Assembly: GCF_963921235.1 (NCBI RefSeq)
Contig: NC_086097.1
Location: 36,086,001 to 36,150,000, forward strand
DNA: 64,000 nt
Direction: 5' to 3'
DNA from: Mobula hypostoma
Lineage: Eukaryota
Part shown: piece by piece, positions 51,650-64,000 of the stretch
Layout of the letters: every line of letters begins with the position of its first letter
Position numbering within the stretch: the stretch's first letter is position 1
Notes under the pieces: model-generated
The model's database searches: none
The model's input: only the letters and a program-made list of their open reading frames with translations
Told to the model about the DNA's origin: nothing
Made by a program: the position numbers and the translations under genes

Positions 51650-52420
51650 GCCGGTACAAAATGTTGGAGGGAAAGGGTGGAGCAAAAACAGGCAGACAAT
51701 AGGTTGCTCCAGTTGAGGGAGGGGTGGCTGATAGGCAGATGGAGGAAGGGAGCATAACAATGAGGTCAGAAGCTGAGGAGTGATAAGAGGAAGCAGAAAG
51801 GGGTGAAGACAATGGCATCTGGCAGGAGAAAGAAGATGGAAATGGAACAAAGGAAGGGAGATGGCGAGAGCAGAGTGGGAGTGTAGGTGATGCACAGATG
51901 GAGAGGGTGGAAAGAGACACCATTTTGAGGGCTGGTCAGTTGGCTCAGGAGGAGAGAGAGAAAAGGAAAAAGACAGAGGAGGTGCAGTTACCAGAAGCTG
52001 GCGATTTCAATATTCATGTTGCTAGGTTAGAGGCTACCTGGACAGAATATAACAAGCTGTTGCTCTAGTTCGCATTTAGCCTCAGATTGGCAGTAGGAGG
52101 CGGCCAGGAAGCAGAGGATGGACATTGGCGTGGGAATGGAGAGGTATGTTAAAATGGCTGATAACTGAGAGAGCCAAATGGCCGTGGCATATGGAGTGGC
52201 TTGTATCCAGTTTCACAGCTGCAGAGGAAGCCCACTGGAAGCACCAAATCCAATATGTATGTGAAAGGCTTCCTCACCTATTAGGGTGTGGAGCAGGAAA
52301 CACGGAGGAAGTGCACAGACTCCTGCAGCCCTGTGACGCAGGTTTTAGGGGGAGGAGATGGTGAAGAGGGAAGATGCAGGGTTCTTGCAGTCCAGACGTA
52401 CACAAGTGCCAATAACCACT
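51650..52420 (-). mobile_element. Penelope-like element remnant (C-terminus of GIY-YIG endonuclease and pyrimidine-rich 3' region)
   Basis: Minus translation around 52175-51990 gives VISHFNIPLHSH and EAKCELEQQLVIFCPGSL*PSNMNIEIASFW*. This matches the recalled PLE pattern PVAxHFN..HS..LEEQHLIFRLGSLQPxGMNI. Confidence 0.7.
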
Positions 52421-52729
52421 GAGGAACAGCAGCATTGTTTGAACAGAGAGATACAATAACCACTTTATATGACAGTGAATGGAAATTGAATTATCTTACC
52501 AATACTTGCAGCTGCAGCTGAAGTTCACTGCTGTGGTCTCTGGTAATGTATTAGAATTGGAATTGGAATCAATGTATTATTGTCACGTGCTGAGATACAG
52601 TGAAAAGCTTGTGTTGCAAACTATTCATACAGATAAGGTCATTACACAGTGCTTGAAGGTAGAATAAAGTTGAGGCCCACCACTGGTTGGGGTCAACCAT
52701 GGATATTGCTTCCTAGTTGACCTGATATG

Positions 52730-53440
52730 CACATGATAAAGATAGGCCAAAGTCAGCACGGTTTCCTCAAGGGAAAATCTTGCCTGACACATCTGGTGGA
52801 ATTCTTTGAAGAAATAACAAGCAGGATAGACAAAGGAGAATTGGTTGATGTTGTGTACTTGGATTTTCAGAAGGCCTTTGACCGGGTGTCACACATGAGG
52901 CTGCTGAACAAACTACAAGCCCATGGTTTTACAGGAAAGATACTAGCATGGACAAAGCAGTGGCTGATTGGCAGGAGGCAAAGAGTGGGAATGAAGGGAG
53001 CCTTTTTTGACTGGCTACTGGTGACTAGTGCTGTTCCACGGAGGTCTGTGTTGGGGCCAATTCTTTTTATGTTATATATCAATGATTTGGATGATGGAAT
53101 TCATGGCTTGGATGGGGAGAGGATATTTCCTGTGATGGGAGAGTCTAAGACCAGAGGATATGGCCTCAGAATAAAGGAGTGTCCTTTTAGAACTGAGATG
53201 AGGAGGAATTTCTTTAACCAGAGAATGATGAACCTGCGGAATTCTTTGCCACGGGCAGCTGTGGATGCCAATTCTTTATGGATGTTTAAAGCAGAGGTTG
53301 ATAGAGTCTTGATAGAAGGGATATGGGAAGAAGGCAGGAGACTGGGGCTGAGAGGAAATTTGGATCAGCTATGATGAAATGATGGAGTAGACTCAATGGG
53401 CCAAATGGCCTAATTCTGCTCCTATATCTTGTGGTCTTAT
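52730..53440 (+). mobile_element. Internally deleted CR1 fragment
   Basis: The 215-aa ORF jumps from YINDLDDGI directly to the C-terminal RIFPVMGESKTRG. CR1 tail at ~53440. Confidence 0.88.
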
Positions 53441-54657
53441 GCCAGTCAGTATGCAAGCCAGGTCAGTGCGATATGGAGAGCAAGTTGTTACCTATGCTGC
53501 AGGCTCCCCCTCTCCACACAGCTGATGAATCGAGAAGAATTGCAGAGGCTGATACAATTTGGCACCAGCAGCATCGCAGGAGTTGCCAGTCAGCGCTAAA
53601 CTTAAAACAGGACTGCCACAGGAACTCCAGCTCCAGAGGTTCGAGAGGTTCCTTCCCCGAGATGAGCTGCTAACCACAGCTGATTAGCCCCTTCTGCCTG
53701 AAGCGACTGGTTTTAAGGCACCAGTAACCCACCATTGCCTGTCCTTCTGACAGTAGAAATGTTTCTGCCAGGCTTAGAAGCTAAGCCACACGTGAGGGCC
53801 AGGAGCTGCACGTGGTTTGCAGGAGTTATTTGAGATGCATGCCATTGGGAACATTTAATAGGAAGTGGGAGCTTGTCCCCACTACACCACCCCACCCCCT
53901 ACCCCCAGACAATGACAACCTTAAAGAACCTGGAACAAAGTAAAACTCTGAGTGGCGGTTCTGTTTTAGCTGTATTTCTTTTCGATTTGTGGGGTGAGTT
54001 TTGGGCACAGACATGGGAGATGAGGGTCAGGTTGGTGTTTTAGGGAAAGGTGTGTGGAGGAAATTAAGGGAATTAAAGGTCAGGCTGAGTGTTATGTCTC
54101 TGCCCCATGTTTGAAGGACAGCAACTGTTACAAGAATTATCCCTTGTAATGATGATCAGGGAGGCACAGAGAGAATCTGTATTTACCAACAAGTAACACT
54201 TTTTGTCTCAACTAAAAAGCACGTGGCTTCACAAACTAACTACCTGTGTGCAGACTCACCAGAATTCCCTGAGCCTCCATGGATACTCAATGAAGAGAAA
54301 ATGTATTACCCAGGAAAAGGATTCTATGCTGGCCAGGCATTCCTCTTGATCCCAGTCTCCATCTATCCATGGCATCCTCCTCATCCACGATGGTTGGTCT
54401 CTGGTTGCTGGACAGTTATCGCCCCCTCATATTTGGAGCTCCTGACTCTTTCAGTGTTCCTCGTCAGTTGAACTGGTGGATCTCCATCCCATCGGCTCAA
54501 GGTCACCTGACCTACCTGGGTCAACTTCTTACTGGTTCTAGTCCAGGGCTATGACCAACATTGTTTCATGGTTCTGTTCCCCACTCCCCACCCTTGTGTA
54601 TTTGTATCATTCAACTCTGACTGGTCCAAACCATTTAAAATAGGTGACCCAGACCTA

Positions 54658-55559
54658 GGCTACATCCATACTAGACCAGATAAATCCATAACCGAAACTT
54701 TTTTTCTTTGTTTTGAGCCTTCGTCCACAAAGAAACAGCGTTTTCCTCCCCCGAAAACGGAGATTTTCTAAAACACCCTCCAGTGTGTAAATTTGAAAAC
54801 GCCGATTGTGCAGAGCAGTGTGGACGGGGTAAACAGATATTTTTAAAACGCTGTCATGACGTGCCGGAACAGATGGCAGCAGTGCGGCATTTCACTGTTT
54901 TCTTGAACGCAACCCCCCACACAACCTAAAAGTTTCAGAACAAGCGGCAACAAGACTGAAGCCAGAAGAGTTAGAAATGTACTCACCAAATACTTTGACC
55001 CATAGCTTACTGAATAAGTAAGTCTACTCACTTGCCCTGTTTTCTGTCCTTGCTTGTATGAAGGTGTTTACCTATTTATGTAAGTACTTCTCTGACAATA
55101 GATGTGTAACAGTCTAATGTAACATTGTATGGAAATACAAGATAACACTGATGCAGACATGTTTTATACATTGAACAAGGTGCTTTATTAATGCAACAGA
55201 GTTAGTCAGTTTTTCAATGTTTGTCGCCAGCTGGGTCATACTGTCCGTGAACTCCCTGTCGGTTGCCTCCATACGCTCCAGTATTTGTTTTTTTTCAGTT
55301 TTAAGTCCTCCTGCGCGAGAGCCAACAGCAATTCCTTTTAAGTTTTTCTAGTCTGTAACTGGACAAATGCGCCCCAAGTATACAGTTTCCTCTTCGCTTG
55401 TTTTCTGTGTGTCCTCCACATGCCCAGTAGGAGAGGATTCGCCCAAATATCCACTCTAATGTGGATGGAGATATTTTTTAAAACGCCTGGTGTGGACGCC
55501 TATCGTTTTTACACGAAACCAGCGTTTTCAAAGTTACCCGGTCTAGTGTGGACATAGCC
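54658..55559. mobile_element. Non-autonomous TIR DNA transposon, PIF/Harbinger-like
   Basis: Left TIR ggctacatccatactagaccagataa. Right TIR reverse complement ggctatgtccacactagaccgggtaa. No clean TSD. Confidence 0.8.
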
Positions 55560-56152
55560 AGAGTCTATCGAGATTACAGATTGCTTCTTTGGTAGGTTTG
55601 GCACTTTACATAATCAATAGCTACTCCTCTGAGTATGGCCTCAGGCTTAGCAGGTCATCACCTGAAGCTCCTTGTGGCCACATTCAATTGCTCCGATCAG
55701 ATTATCCCAGGGCAAGAATCAGTTTTGAGTCCACAAAATGGGGGGAGGACAAAGACAATTGATTTGTCTGCTTTCCCTGTCCTTAATTCATTCAAATCCA
55801 TTAATTTGTGGACTGTAGTTCCTTCTGGCCAACAGCGACACTGATGTGAGACATCCGTGGCTGGGATGCACGGCCAACAGACCATTATGGAAGAAGGCTG
55901 GTGCTCCCCCAAGTTCAGCGAATTATCAGCGGGTTCTGCAGGTGGAGTTTCATGCAGGCATGTGGAGCAAGTTTCAATGACACCCCTGGATTCGGGAATC
56001 GGTTGGACCAGAGTTCACGGCCTAGTGTTCAGGGTCCCTTCATCAGTGGGTCCAGAGTTTGAGACGTGATGTTTGGCCATCAGTGGATCCTGGGTCAATG
56101 CCAAGGATCAAGGTTGAATTGGAAGACTGGAGGCCTGTTGGCTGGAGCTCTG

Positions 56153-56504
56153 GGTTTGCGGATCTCTGTGAGTCCGTTAAGTTAGTCAGAGGCCCAATGT
56201 CTGTGTGTCCATGTCTATATCCGAGTCCACTGCACACGGAAGAATACCATGTGTTGGGGTTACAACAATGCGTATGTATGTGTGGGAGGGAAGAATGAGG
56301 AACGGGGGCTTGTTTTCCTGTTGGCTGAAGCCCCAGGTCTGTGGATCTCTGAGGGTCTGCTAAGTTAATCAGAGACCCAATGTCTGTGTGTCCATGTCTG
56401 TATCTGAGTCTGCTGAGCATGTAGAATACCATGTGTTGGGCTTACAGCAATGAATATATGCACGTGGGAGGGAAGAATAGGGAACAGGTGCTTGTTTTCC
56501 TGTT
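56153..56504. repeat. Diverged tandem duplication of a ~182-bp unit
   Basis: ggatctctg..cccaatgtctgtgtgtccatgtct..agaataccatgtgttggg..gtgggagggaagaat..gcttgttttcctgttg occurs twice. Confidence 0.85.
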
Positions 56505-57219
56505 GCTTGTTGTGTTTTGTTTTGTTCTGCTGAAAATGGTGGGCATAGTCATAGTCATACTTTATTGATCCCGAGGGAAATTGGGTTTTGTTACAGTTGC
56601 ATCAACCAAGAATAAAGTATAGATATAGCAATATAAAACCATAAATAATTAAATAATAATATGTAAATTATGCCAGGAAATAAGTCCAGAACCAGCCTAT
56701 TGGTCCTGTGTTGGGACATGACAATACCATGCTACGTTGGGACCAGAATGTGTGACAACACTTGTGGGCTGCTCCCAGCACGCCCTTGGGTGTACTGTTT
56801 ATTAATTCAAGTGATGCATTTCACTCTATGATTCAATGTACACATGATAAATAAACTTGAATCTTGAATCTTAACATACAAGAAGTCCATTCAACAGTCT
56901 GTAAACAGCAAAGTAGAAGCCGCTCCTGAGCCTAATGGTAGTGCTTTCAGGGTTTAACGTCGTCTGCCCAGTGAAAAAGATGAGAAGAGAAAATGTCCAA
57001 GGTGGTGGGCACCATATCTAAGAAAGGATGTGCTGGTATTTGGAGAGGGTCCAGAGGAAGTTTACAAGAATGATCCCAGGAATGGAAAGGTCAATGTACG
57101 AGGACAGTTTCATGGCTCTGGGCCTGTACTTTTTGGAGTTGGCCGGTGGGGTGGTGGGGGTGCAGGAATCTCATTGAAACCTACTGAACACTGAAAAGCC
57201 TAGACGGAGTGGATGTTTC

Positions 57220-57708
57220 ATTGTTTTATAGAGCACTTTTCATACAGATGGTGTAATTCAAAGTGCTTTACAATGGGATAAAGTTCAAACATGACAATAA
57301 AAGACAGAAAGATGTTAGTTAAAAGCAAGGTTAAGTAAATAGGTTTTGAGCTAGTGTTAAAAAGTGTCAACTGAGTCTGCATCCCTTATGGTTTTAGGTA
57401 TTGAATTCCACAGCTTTGGACCATAGTTCAAAAAAGATGACCTGCCAATTATCTTTCGAGGGAGATGGTTTAAATTTGAGAGACTGGCGGACGAAGACCT
57501 AACTCGAGCAGGATTATAAAATGAAAGCAATTCTGTGATGTACTCCGGTCCCAGACTATTGAGAGCTTTAAAAAACAAGTAAGAGAACCTTAAAATTAAT
57601 TCTAAAAGATACAGATTAGTTAGGATGGGAGGGATATGCTCCAGTATCCTGGTTTTAGTTAAAAGTCTAGCAGCAGCATTCTGAATGAGTTGAAGTTTGT
57701 CAATCGAT
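57220..57708 (-). mobile_element. L2-clade LINE 3' fragment inserted in a CR1 fragment (57010-57790, +)
   Basis: FKALNSLGPEYITELL.FYNPAR.RS..GRSSF..GPKLWNSIP..IR is a typical L2 ORF2 C-terminus. CR1 sequence lies on both sides. Confidence 0.8.
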
Positions 57709-60019
57709 AATAGTTTGTCATTAGTGGCAGAGTTGAAGGCCAGAGGGCACAGCCTCAGCTAGAGAACATCCCTTTAGATGAAAGATCAGAAGGAACATCG
57801 TCAGAACATCATTAAACGCCATTTTCAGCTTGAGCTTGATGAATGGTGGAGAAAACTCAAAGGATGGGTGGCTTATTCCTGCTCTGATTTCTTCTTAATT
57901 GTACCAGTGCAGTCACTGGATGAGAAGATAAAATGAGAAATTGCACTGAGTCTAACTTTGTTTCTGAAACCAGTTTAAGTTTGCACAATATGCTTGCCTC
58001 AACATGGTCCTGGTTGAAAACAATGGGGTTCTTACATAAACGGGGCATAAGACCGTCAACGAGCAGCACTAGTTCAGAGTTGTCTTTGCATTGCTCTGAT
58101 CAGAACACTGAGCTGTGAAATTCACAGGCACTCCCTTGAAACCACCTTCATTTCAGTTTTGTTAGAAGACACAGGGTGCATGATGTCTTCTATTTCTGGA
58201 AATACCAGCCCACCATTGTTGCGCTGTGAGTGTGTGTGACACAGAGGCTTTTGTGCTCATCACAGAAATCCTGCAGCAGCTGACTGCAAAATACTCCGTT
58301 GCTTTGGCAACATAAAGCTCGCAAAGGCTAAAACTAATGTTAGAGTATTCATGAACTCTGTGTGAAGTTTTACGCCTTTCCCTGGTTAAAGGAAGGAACC
58401 AAGGTAGAAAACAAGAGTGTTTTTTCCCCCGGAATCAGAATCAGGTTTAATATCACTGTCTGATATGGTGTGGAATGTGTTGCGTTGTGCCAACAGTACA
58501 ACACATAGACATAAAATCACAAATAGTACAATGAAAAAGTTAATGTGGTTCTGTTCATGGACTGTTCAGAAATCTGACGGCAGAGCGAAAGACACTGTTT
58601 CTTAATCAATGAGTGTGGCTCCTCAGTTCAAAAGGTTCAAAGTAAATTTATTATCAAAGTGCATATATGTCACCATATACAACCCTGAGATTTATTTTCC
58701 TGCAGGTGTTCGCAGTAAATCCAAAGAAACACGATAGAATCAATGAAAACCCACTCAACAAATATCGGCAACCAATGTGCAAAAGACAAACTGTGCAAAT
58801 ACAAAAAAAAAGGGAAAATACCAATAATAATAAATAAATAAGCAATAACTATCTAGAACATGTTGTAGAGTTCTTACGTGACGGACTTTCAGTCTCCAGG
58901 ATCGAGGGGCATACCTTTTTGACATGCTCAGCTTTCTAACATAGCAGCTAACACTTGTAGAGATCAAAATTGTTGTTTTTGAGTAAATTAAACTCCAACC
59001 AATATTCTTTGTTCAGCTTTTTTTCGTAAATGGAGCCAGTCTTCAGTACATAATGTAAACAACAAGCAATAATCAGTCTGAAGTTAAAAGGACAGTTTTG
59101 CAACAAACAGCACTGTCTATAGAGCCCAGACTGCCGGCCTACAGCACAAGGCTGATGCTTAAGAGGTGCAGTGTAGGAGAATGTTGTTGTGTTAATTGGG
59201 CTTGCATCAGACAACACTAAGTTATTTAGTTTAATGAACCTTGCAGACCAGATTGATACTATCACAGCGTATCAAATAGCTGATCTATCAATAGTTAGAA
59301 GGTTTGTGTACTCAGAAAGTCAGCATTCATGGCATTAATTGTGGGTGTTTGGAAGATCTGTCTCCAGCTTTTTGACCATCTGTGTGAAAAGGCATCTGAA
59401 AAAAAATTACATTTATGTGAAGTCACCTAAGTGGCAAAAAAAAGTATAAATATAAGACAGCAGTCATGTTTGTTAGGAATAGTCAAATAACAGGAAGAGG
59501 AATGACAGAACAATGGAGAGAATGAGAATTAGAATTCCTCTACCTTTGATTTCTGTGACGGACAACTCATTCTTCTGCAACTTGTTGATATGTCTTTTTA
59601 GATTATGGGAATTGTACCTGTGTCTTGGAAATCTTTTGTGTTTTAGAAATTGTTTGTAATTTGACAATTTTATAAGATAGCAAACCTCTGAGTTTTAAAT
59701 GTGTTTTAAGAATTTTGTCTGGATTTAATCTTGTATCACTAAAAATAAATTAACTGTGTTTAAACTATTTAGTTAGCTTTAAGTATCTCCTCCTAGGTAG
59801 GGAGGGAGGAACCCCCCCCCCAACTAAAATAGTAGGTATTGGCAGCTAAACTCACCATGGAGGATGAACAGGAAAGTGATCTAGCCTTTAGCATGAAGGC
59901 GGTTACAGTATAACCTCCCTTTAATGAGGGTGCCCAGAGCTGTCTATATCGAACACGGCTTATGATCTTTGCTTGAGTTTATAACTTCATGGTCAGCAAA
60001 CCCAATACCATCACACTTA

Positions 60020-63000
60020 AAAGTGAGTCATAGGTTGTGGATCATTTCAGCATTGGGGTGAGTGTAGTTATCCCCTCTGGTTCAAGAGCCTGATATTTCA
60101 GGGATAGTAACTGTTCCTGAACCTGGTGGTGTAGATCCTGAGGATCCTGTACCTCCTTCCTGGTAATAGCAGTGAAAAGAGAGCAAGGCCTGAATGGCAG
60201 GGGTCTTTGATGATGGATGCTGGTTTCCTGCGACAGTGCTCCTTGTAAATGTGCTCAATGGTGGGGAGGGCCTTACCTATGATGGTCTGGGCTGAATCTG
60301 CTACTTTCTGGTTTTTCTGTTTGAGTGCATTGATGTTCCCATACCAGCGATGAAACCAGTGAGTACATTATGCACTGCCTATCTATATAGGTTTGTCAAA
60401 CTCTTAGATGACATGCTGTATCTGTGCAAACTTCTAAGAAAGTAGAGATGCTGCCATGCTTTCATTATAATGGCACTGACTTGCTGAACCCAGGACAAAT
60501 CCTCTGAAGTGATAATGGCAAGAAATTTAAAGTTGCTGACCCTCTCATCCTCTCATCCCCTGATGAGGACTGGCTCATGGACCTCTGGTTTCCTTCTTGC
60601 TGAGGTCAATTATCAGCTATTTGGTTTTGCTGACACTGAGTGAGAGTTTGTTGTTGTGACAGCTAGGTTTTCAATCCCCCTTCTATATGCTAATTCATCA
60701 CCATCTTTGATTCGGCTAACAAATTTAAGTATGACATTGGAACTGTACTTAGCCTTGCAGTCATAAGCATAAAGCGAGTAGAATGTGTGTGTTGGGGGGA
60801 GGGTTGCGGTAGGGTCTAAGCATGCAGCCTTGCAGTGCACCTGTGCTGATGGAGATTGTGGAGGAGATGTTGTTGTCAATCTGAATTGACTGGAGTCTGC
60901 AAGGGAAAATCTCAAGGATCCAATGGCACAAGGAGGTATTGATGCCTAGGTCTTGGTGCTTATTGATTAGTTTTGAAGGAATGATAGTATTGAATGGTGA
61001 CTTGTAGTCAATGAAGAGCATTTTGACATATGCATCTTCACTGTCTAGATGTTCCAGGATTGAGTGAAGAGCCAATGAAATACCATCTGCTGTTGAACTG
61101 TTGCAACAACAGGCAAATTGGAGCGGATCCAAGTCACTTCTCAGGCTGAAGTTGATATACCTCATCACCAACTTCTCAAAGCACTTCATCACATGGACGT
61201 TGAGATAGGTTACCATGTTCTTCTTAGGCCCTGGTATAATTGAAGCCTACTTGAAGTAGGTGGGTACCTCAGACTGCCGAAGACCTCAGTGAACAGTCCA
61301 GCCAGTTGAACAGAACAGATCTTCAGTGCTTAGCCAAGTATGCCGAGTGGGCCAGATGTTTTCAATGAGTTCACCCTCCTGAACAATGCTCTCACATCAG
61401 CCTCAGAGACTAAAATCAGAGGGTCATCGGGGGCTGCGGGAGTTCATGAAGATGCCTCCTTGTTTTCTTGCTCAAAGCCAGCAGAAAAGCATTGAGCTCA
61501 TCTGGGAGTGAAAATTTCAAGTCAGATGTCACGTGGTTTTACTTTGTAGGAGGTGACAGCATTCAAGCCCTGCCACAGCTATCAAGCATCCTTCAGTGAT
61601 TCAACTTTGGTCTGGAATTGCTACTTCACAGGTGAGATGACTTTCCAGACATCATAGCTGGACGTCTTGTATTTTACTTTTGCTAGACCTGAACGTCATT
61701 GATTGGGCCCTCAGCAAATTGTGGATCTCTCGGTCATCCAGGGTTTCTGGTTGGGAAGAATCAGAATCATTTTTTGGAGACACACTTGCACAGAACTGTC
61801 TTTATTGAGTCCATGACAACCATGGCATATTTGTTCGGATCCTCTGGTGAGTCTTTGAAAATGGCACAGTCCACTGACTCGAAAGAATCCTATAGCCGCT
61901 CTTCCTCCTCCTGTGACCAACTCTTTGTTGTCCTTACCTCTGGAGATTTGCTCTTTAGCTTCTGGCCACCTGCAGGTAGGAGGAAGAAAATGGCCAGATG
62001 ATCAGATTTCCCAAAATCCGGTCTCGCAATGGAACGTCCAGCGTTCCTGATGATGCACAAGTGAACTGGGATCCCAGGTATGGCAGGTGATATGTTGATG
62101 ATATTTGGTGTTATGATACGTGGGTTATGGCTGAAGAAAAATTGGCTGGATTCGCTTAGCACTTTCATGCAAGGGTTTTATGCAGTGCGTCAAAAAAAAA
62201 TAAAATTACAAAAATAAGCAAAAATAAAACTGCTAATGATTAGAAAAAGATATTTACCAGAGAACACAAATATAGCTATATAACCATGTCTAGTGTGAAC
62301 ACCTGGCAGCTCGATATTGCTCTCTCTCTCCCCTATTGAAAGCAATCCACCCCATTTTTTTAGGCACCAAGACATTCCTTATTTAATTACCCACAGTTAA
62401 CTTAAAACTACATATGAATTAAAAATATGATCCACTCACAATTTAGTTGCAATCATATTACACAAGAAACAGAAGTATCTACCTTAAATACAGTATACAA
62501 ACAATATATACACATCCCCATATATTCCACCAGGTGTGGCAGGAAAGCACCATAAAGCCAACCTATTATAAGAATATACCAGAAGACTGTTACACTCCGC
62601 GCAAAAACAAGAGTGTTTTTTTATCTCTTCTTCTTCTTCTTCTCTCTCTCTCCCTCTCTCTCTCTATCTCAATGTGCATGTGTAAGGAGATCATTTACCG
62701 ACCGCTCTGCGCCACATTTGGATCGAGATTTCTTCCACCCAGGCTGATTGAAGTCCCAGCAATGATTTGAAAGACAAGGGTAGGTTGTTTCTCCTTTGCT
62801 AAGCGCAGCACTCAATCCATCAAGTGCTGCCTTAATATCTATCCTTGACAGTTTGTAAACTGTGGTTAGGACCAGAGAGGAGAACGGACAGCACTTAATT
62901 ATTAGATCTTCCAGATCAGGAGAACAAAGAGTGTGACAAGACTACTACATCCGGGCATGTCTGAGTTTATCGTGAAACACAAATCCCCCACCTTGACCCA

Positions 63001-63390
63001 ATGTTCTGTGGAGTAAGAACCATCCGTCTGAAGCGGCATGTCCATGTTTCTGTGATATAGAGAATGCAGCAATATCTCGTTTCCCTCCGATACAACAATC
63101 TTGCCCTTAGGTCATCCATCTTGTCAATCAGTGACTATATATTTGCCAACAAAATACTGGGTGGAGGAATGTTTACACCTGTTTTAGTCTGGCTTGGAGT
63201 CCTCCCCTCCTCCAGCCATGGCGATCTACCTTTGCCCACCTAGAAGTGCCATACCTACATTCCTAAGATTCCAGTCAGCTGAGTCATTCAGGATATTGTA
63301 AAATCACCAGCTCGTTTACAAGGATTAAATGTACGATACTTAAAGGGAATTTACTGGCTGCAGATTGCAGTAATAGTAGTTCAAGAAAAG
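60020..63390 (-). mobile_element. Long decayed Rex1/Babar-like LINE (APE to RT to 3' end) with an unrelated insert at ~62056-62725
   Basis: VMKCFEKLV..LDPLQFA..STADGI..MLFIDYKSPFNTIIP, RPDFGKSDHLAI and QKPWM motifs. Frameshifted IIAGDFNQ-like segment at ~62745-62770. Confidence 0.85.
62626..62670. repeat. (CTT)n(CT)n microsatellite
   Basis: Directly visible. Confidence 0.9.
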
Positions 63391-63564
63391 TATATCTAGA
63401 AGTTTTGAGTCGTCTGCAAAATGTCTGTGTATTGCCAGCACCACCTTGGTACAGGCTCCTGTAAAATGCTTACCTCACCTCATCAGAATATCAAAAACAG
63501 TGCTTCAGAGCATACTGGACTGATCTCCTGGTTTAATAGCTTTTCTGCACAAAAAAATAAAAAC

Positions 63565-63860
63565 TTCTATCAATGTCATACCTTCAAGATGTGTTAAAGC
63601 ACTTCTAAGCCAATTAAGTACATTTTTCAAGTGTAGTCAAATGTGGGAAACCTGGCAGCCAATTTGCAAAGAGCAAGCTCCCAAGAATGTGATAATGAGC
63701 AGAAAATCTGTTTCAGTTATGTTGAAAGAGGAATAACTCAGATACTCTCCTCTGAATTAGTCCTGATGATGTCTCATAATTCTGGCTGAGAGAGTGGAAA
63801 GGACTTTCACTTAACAACAGATTCAAAACATAGGACCTGCAACAAAGCTGCAATCTCTTC
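63565..63860 (-). mobile_element. Ancient DeuSINE (SacSINE1/AmnSINE1-like) remnant
   Basis: aaagcactt..agccaattaagtac..aagtgtagtc..ggaaacctggcagccaatttgc..agcaagctccca..tgtgataatgagcagaaaatctgtttcagt matches the reverse-complement Deu-domain as I recall it. Confidence 0.65.
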
Positions 63861-64000
63861 GGCTATGTCCACACTAGACTGGATAAATCCGTAACCGAAG
63901 CTTTTTCTCTTCGTTTTGACCCTCCGTCCACACTGAAACGGCTTTTTCCTCCCCCCGAAAACAGACCTTTTCTAAAATGCTCTCCAGAGTGTGTAAATCT
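63861..64000. mobile_element. Left end of a second Harbinger-like element, cut by the window edge
   Basis: ggctatgtccacactagactggataaatccgtaaccgaa is homologous to 54658 onward. Confidence 0.85.

Noticed and set aside
59845..59862. Minus-strand ccATG|gtgagt as the start exon
   Set aside because: The donor would be phase 0, incompatible with the phase-1 TM exon, and there is no other support.

Overview
Repeat-rich vertebrate genomic DNA. The repeat families (CR1, Rex1/Babar, V-SINE, DeuSINE, Penelope-like) point to a cartilaginous fish, probably a ray; this is an inference. The window appears to lie within the 5' part of a minus-strand synaptotagmin gene of the SYT14/SYT16 group, most likely SYT16. 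Two coding exons are visible. One is a 180-bp transmembrane exon (20454-20275). The other is a large acidic exon with its own ATG (8785-8182) that resembles the N-terminus of the TM-less mammalian SYT16. Both end in phase-1 donors, which suggests alternative membrane-anchored and soluble N-termini. The first coding exon and the C2-domain exons were not found and probably lie outside the window. Most of the rest is decayed and often nested transposons. Several short Penelope-derived inserts carry minimal hammerhead-ribozyme motifs, including a tandem pair (18474-18591) in the sense of the pre-mRNA. Family names come from my recall of consensus motifs, not from database searches, and TE boundaries are approximate unless a TSD or TIR is quoted.
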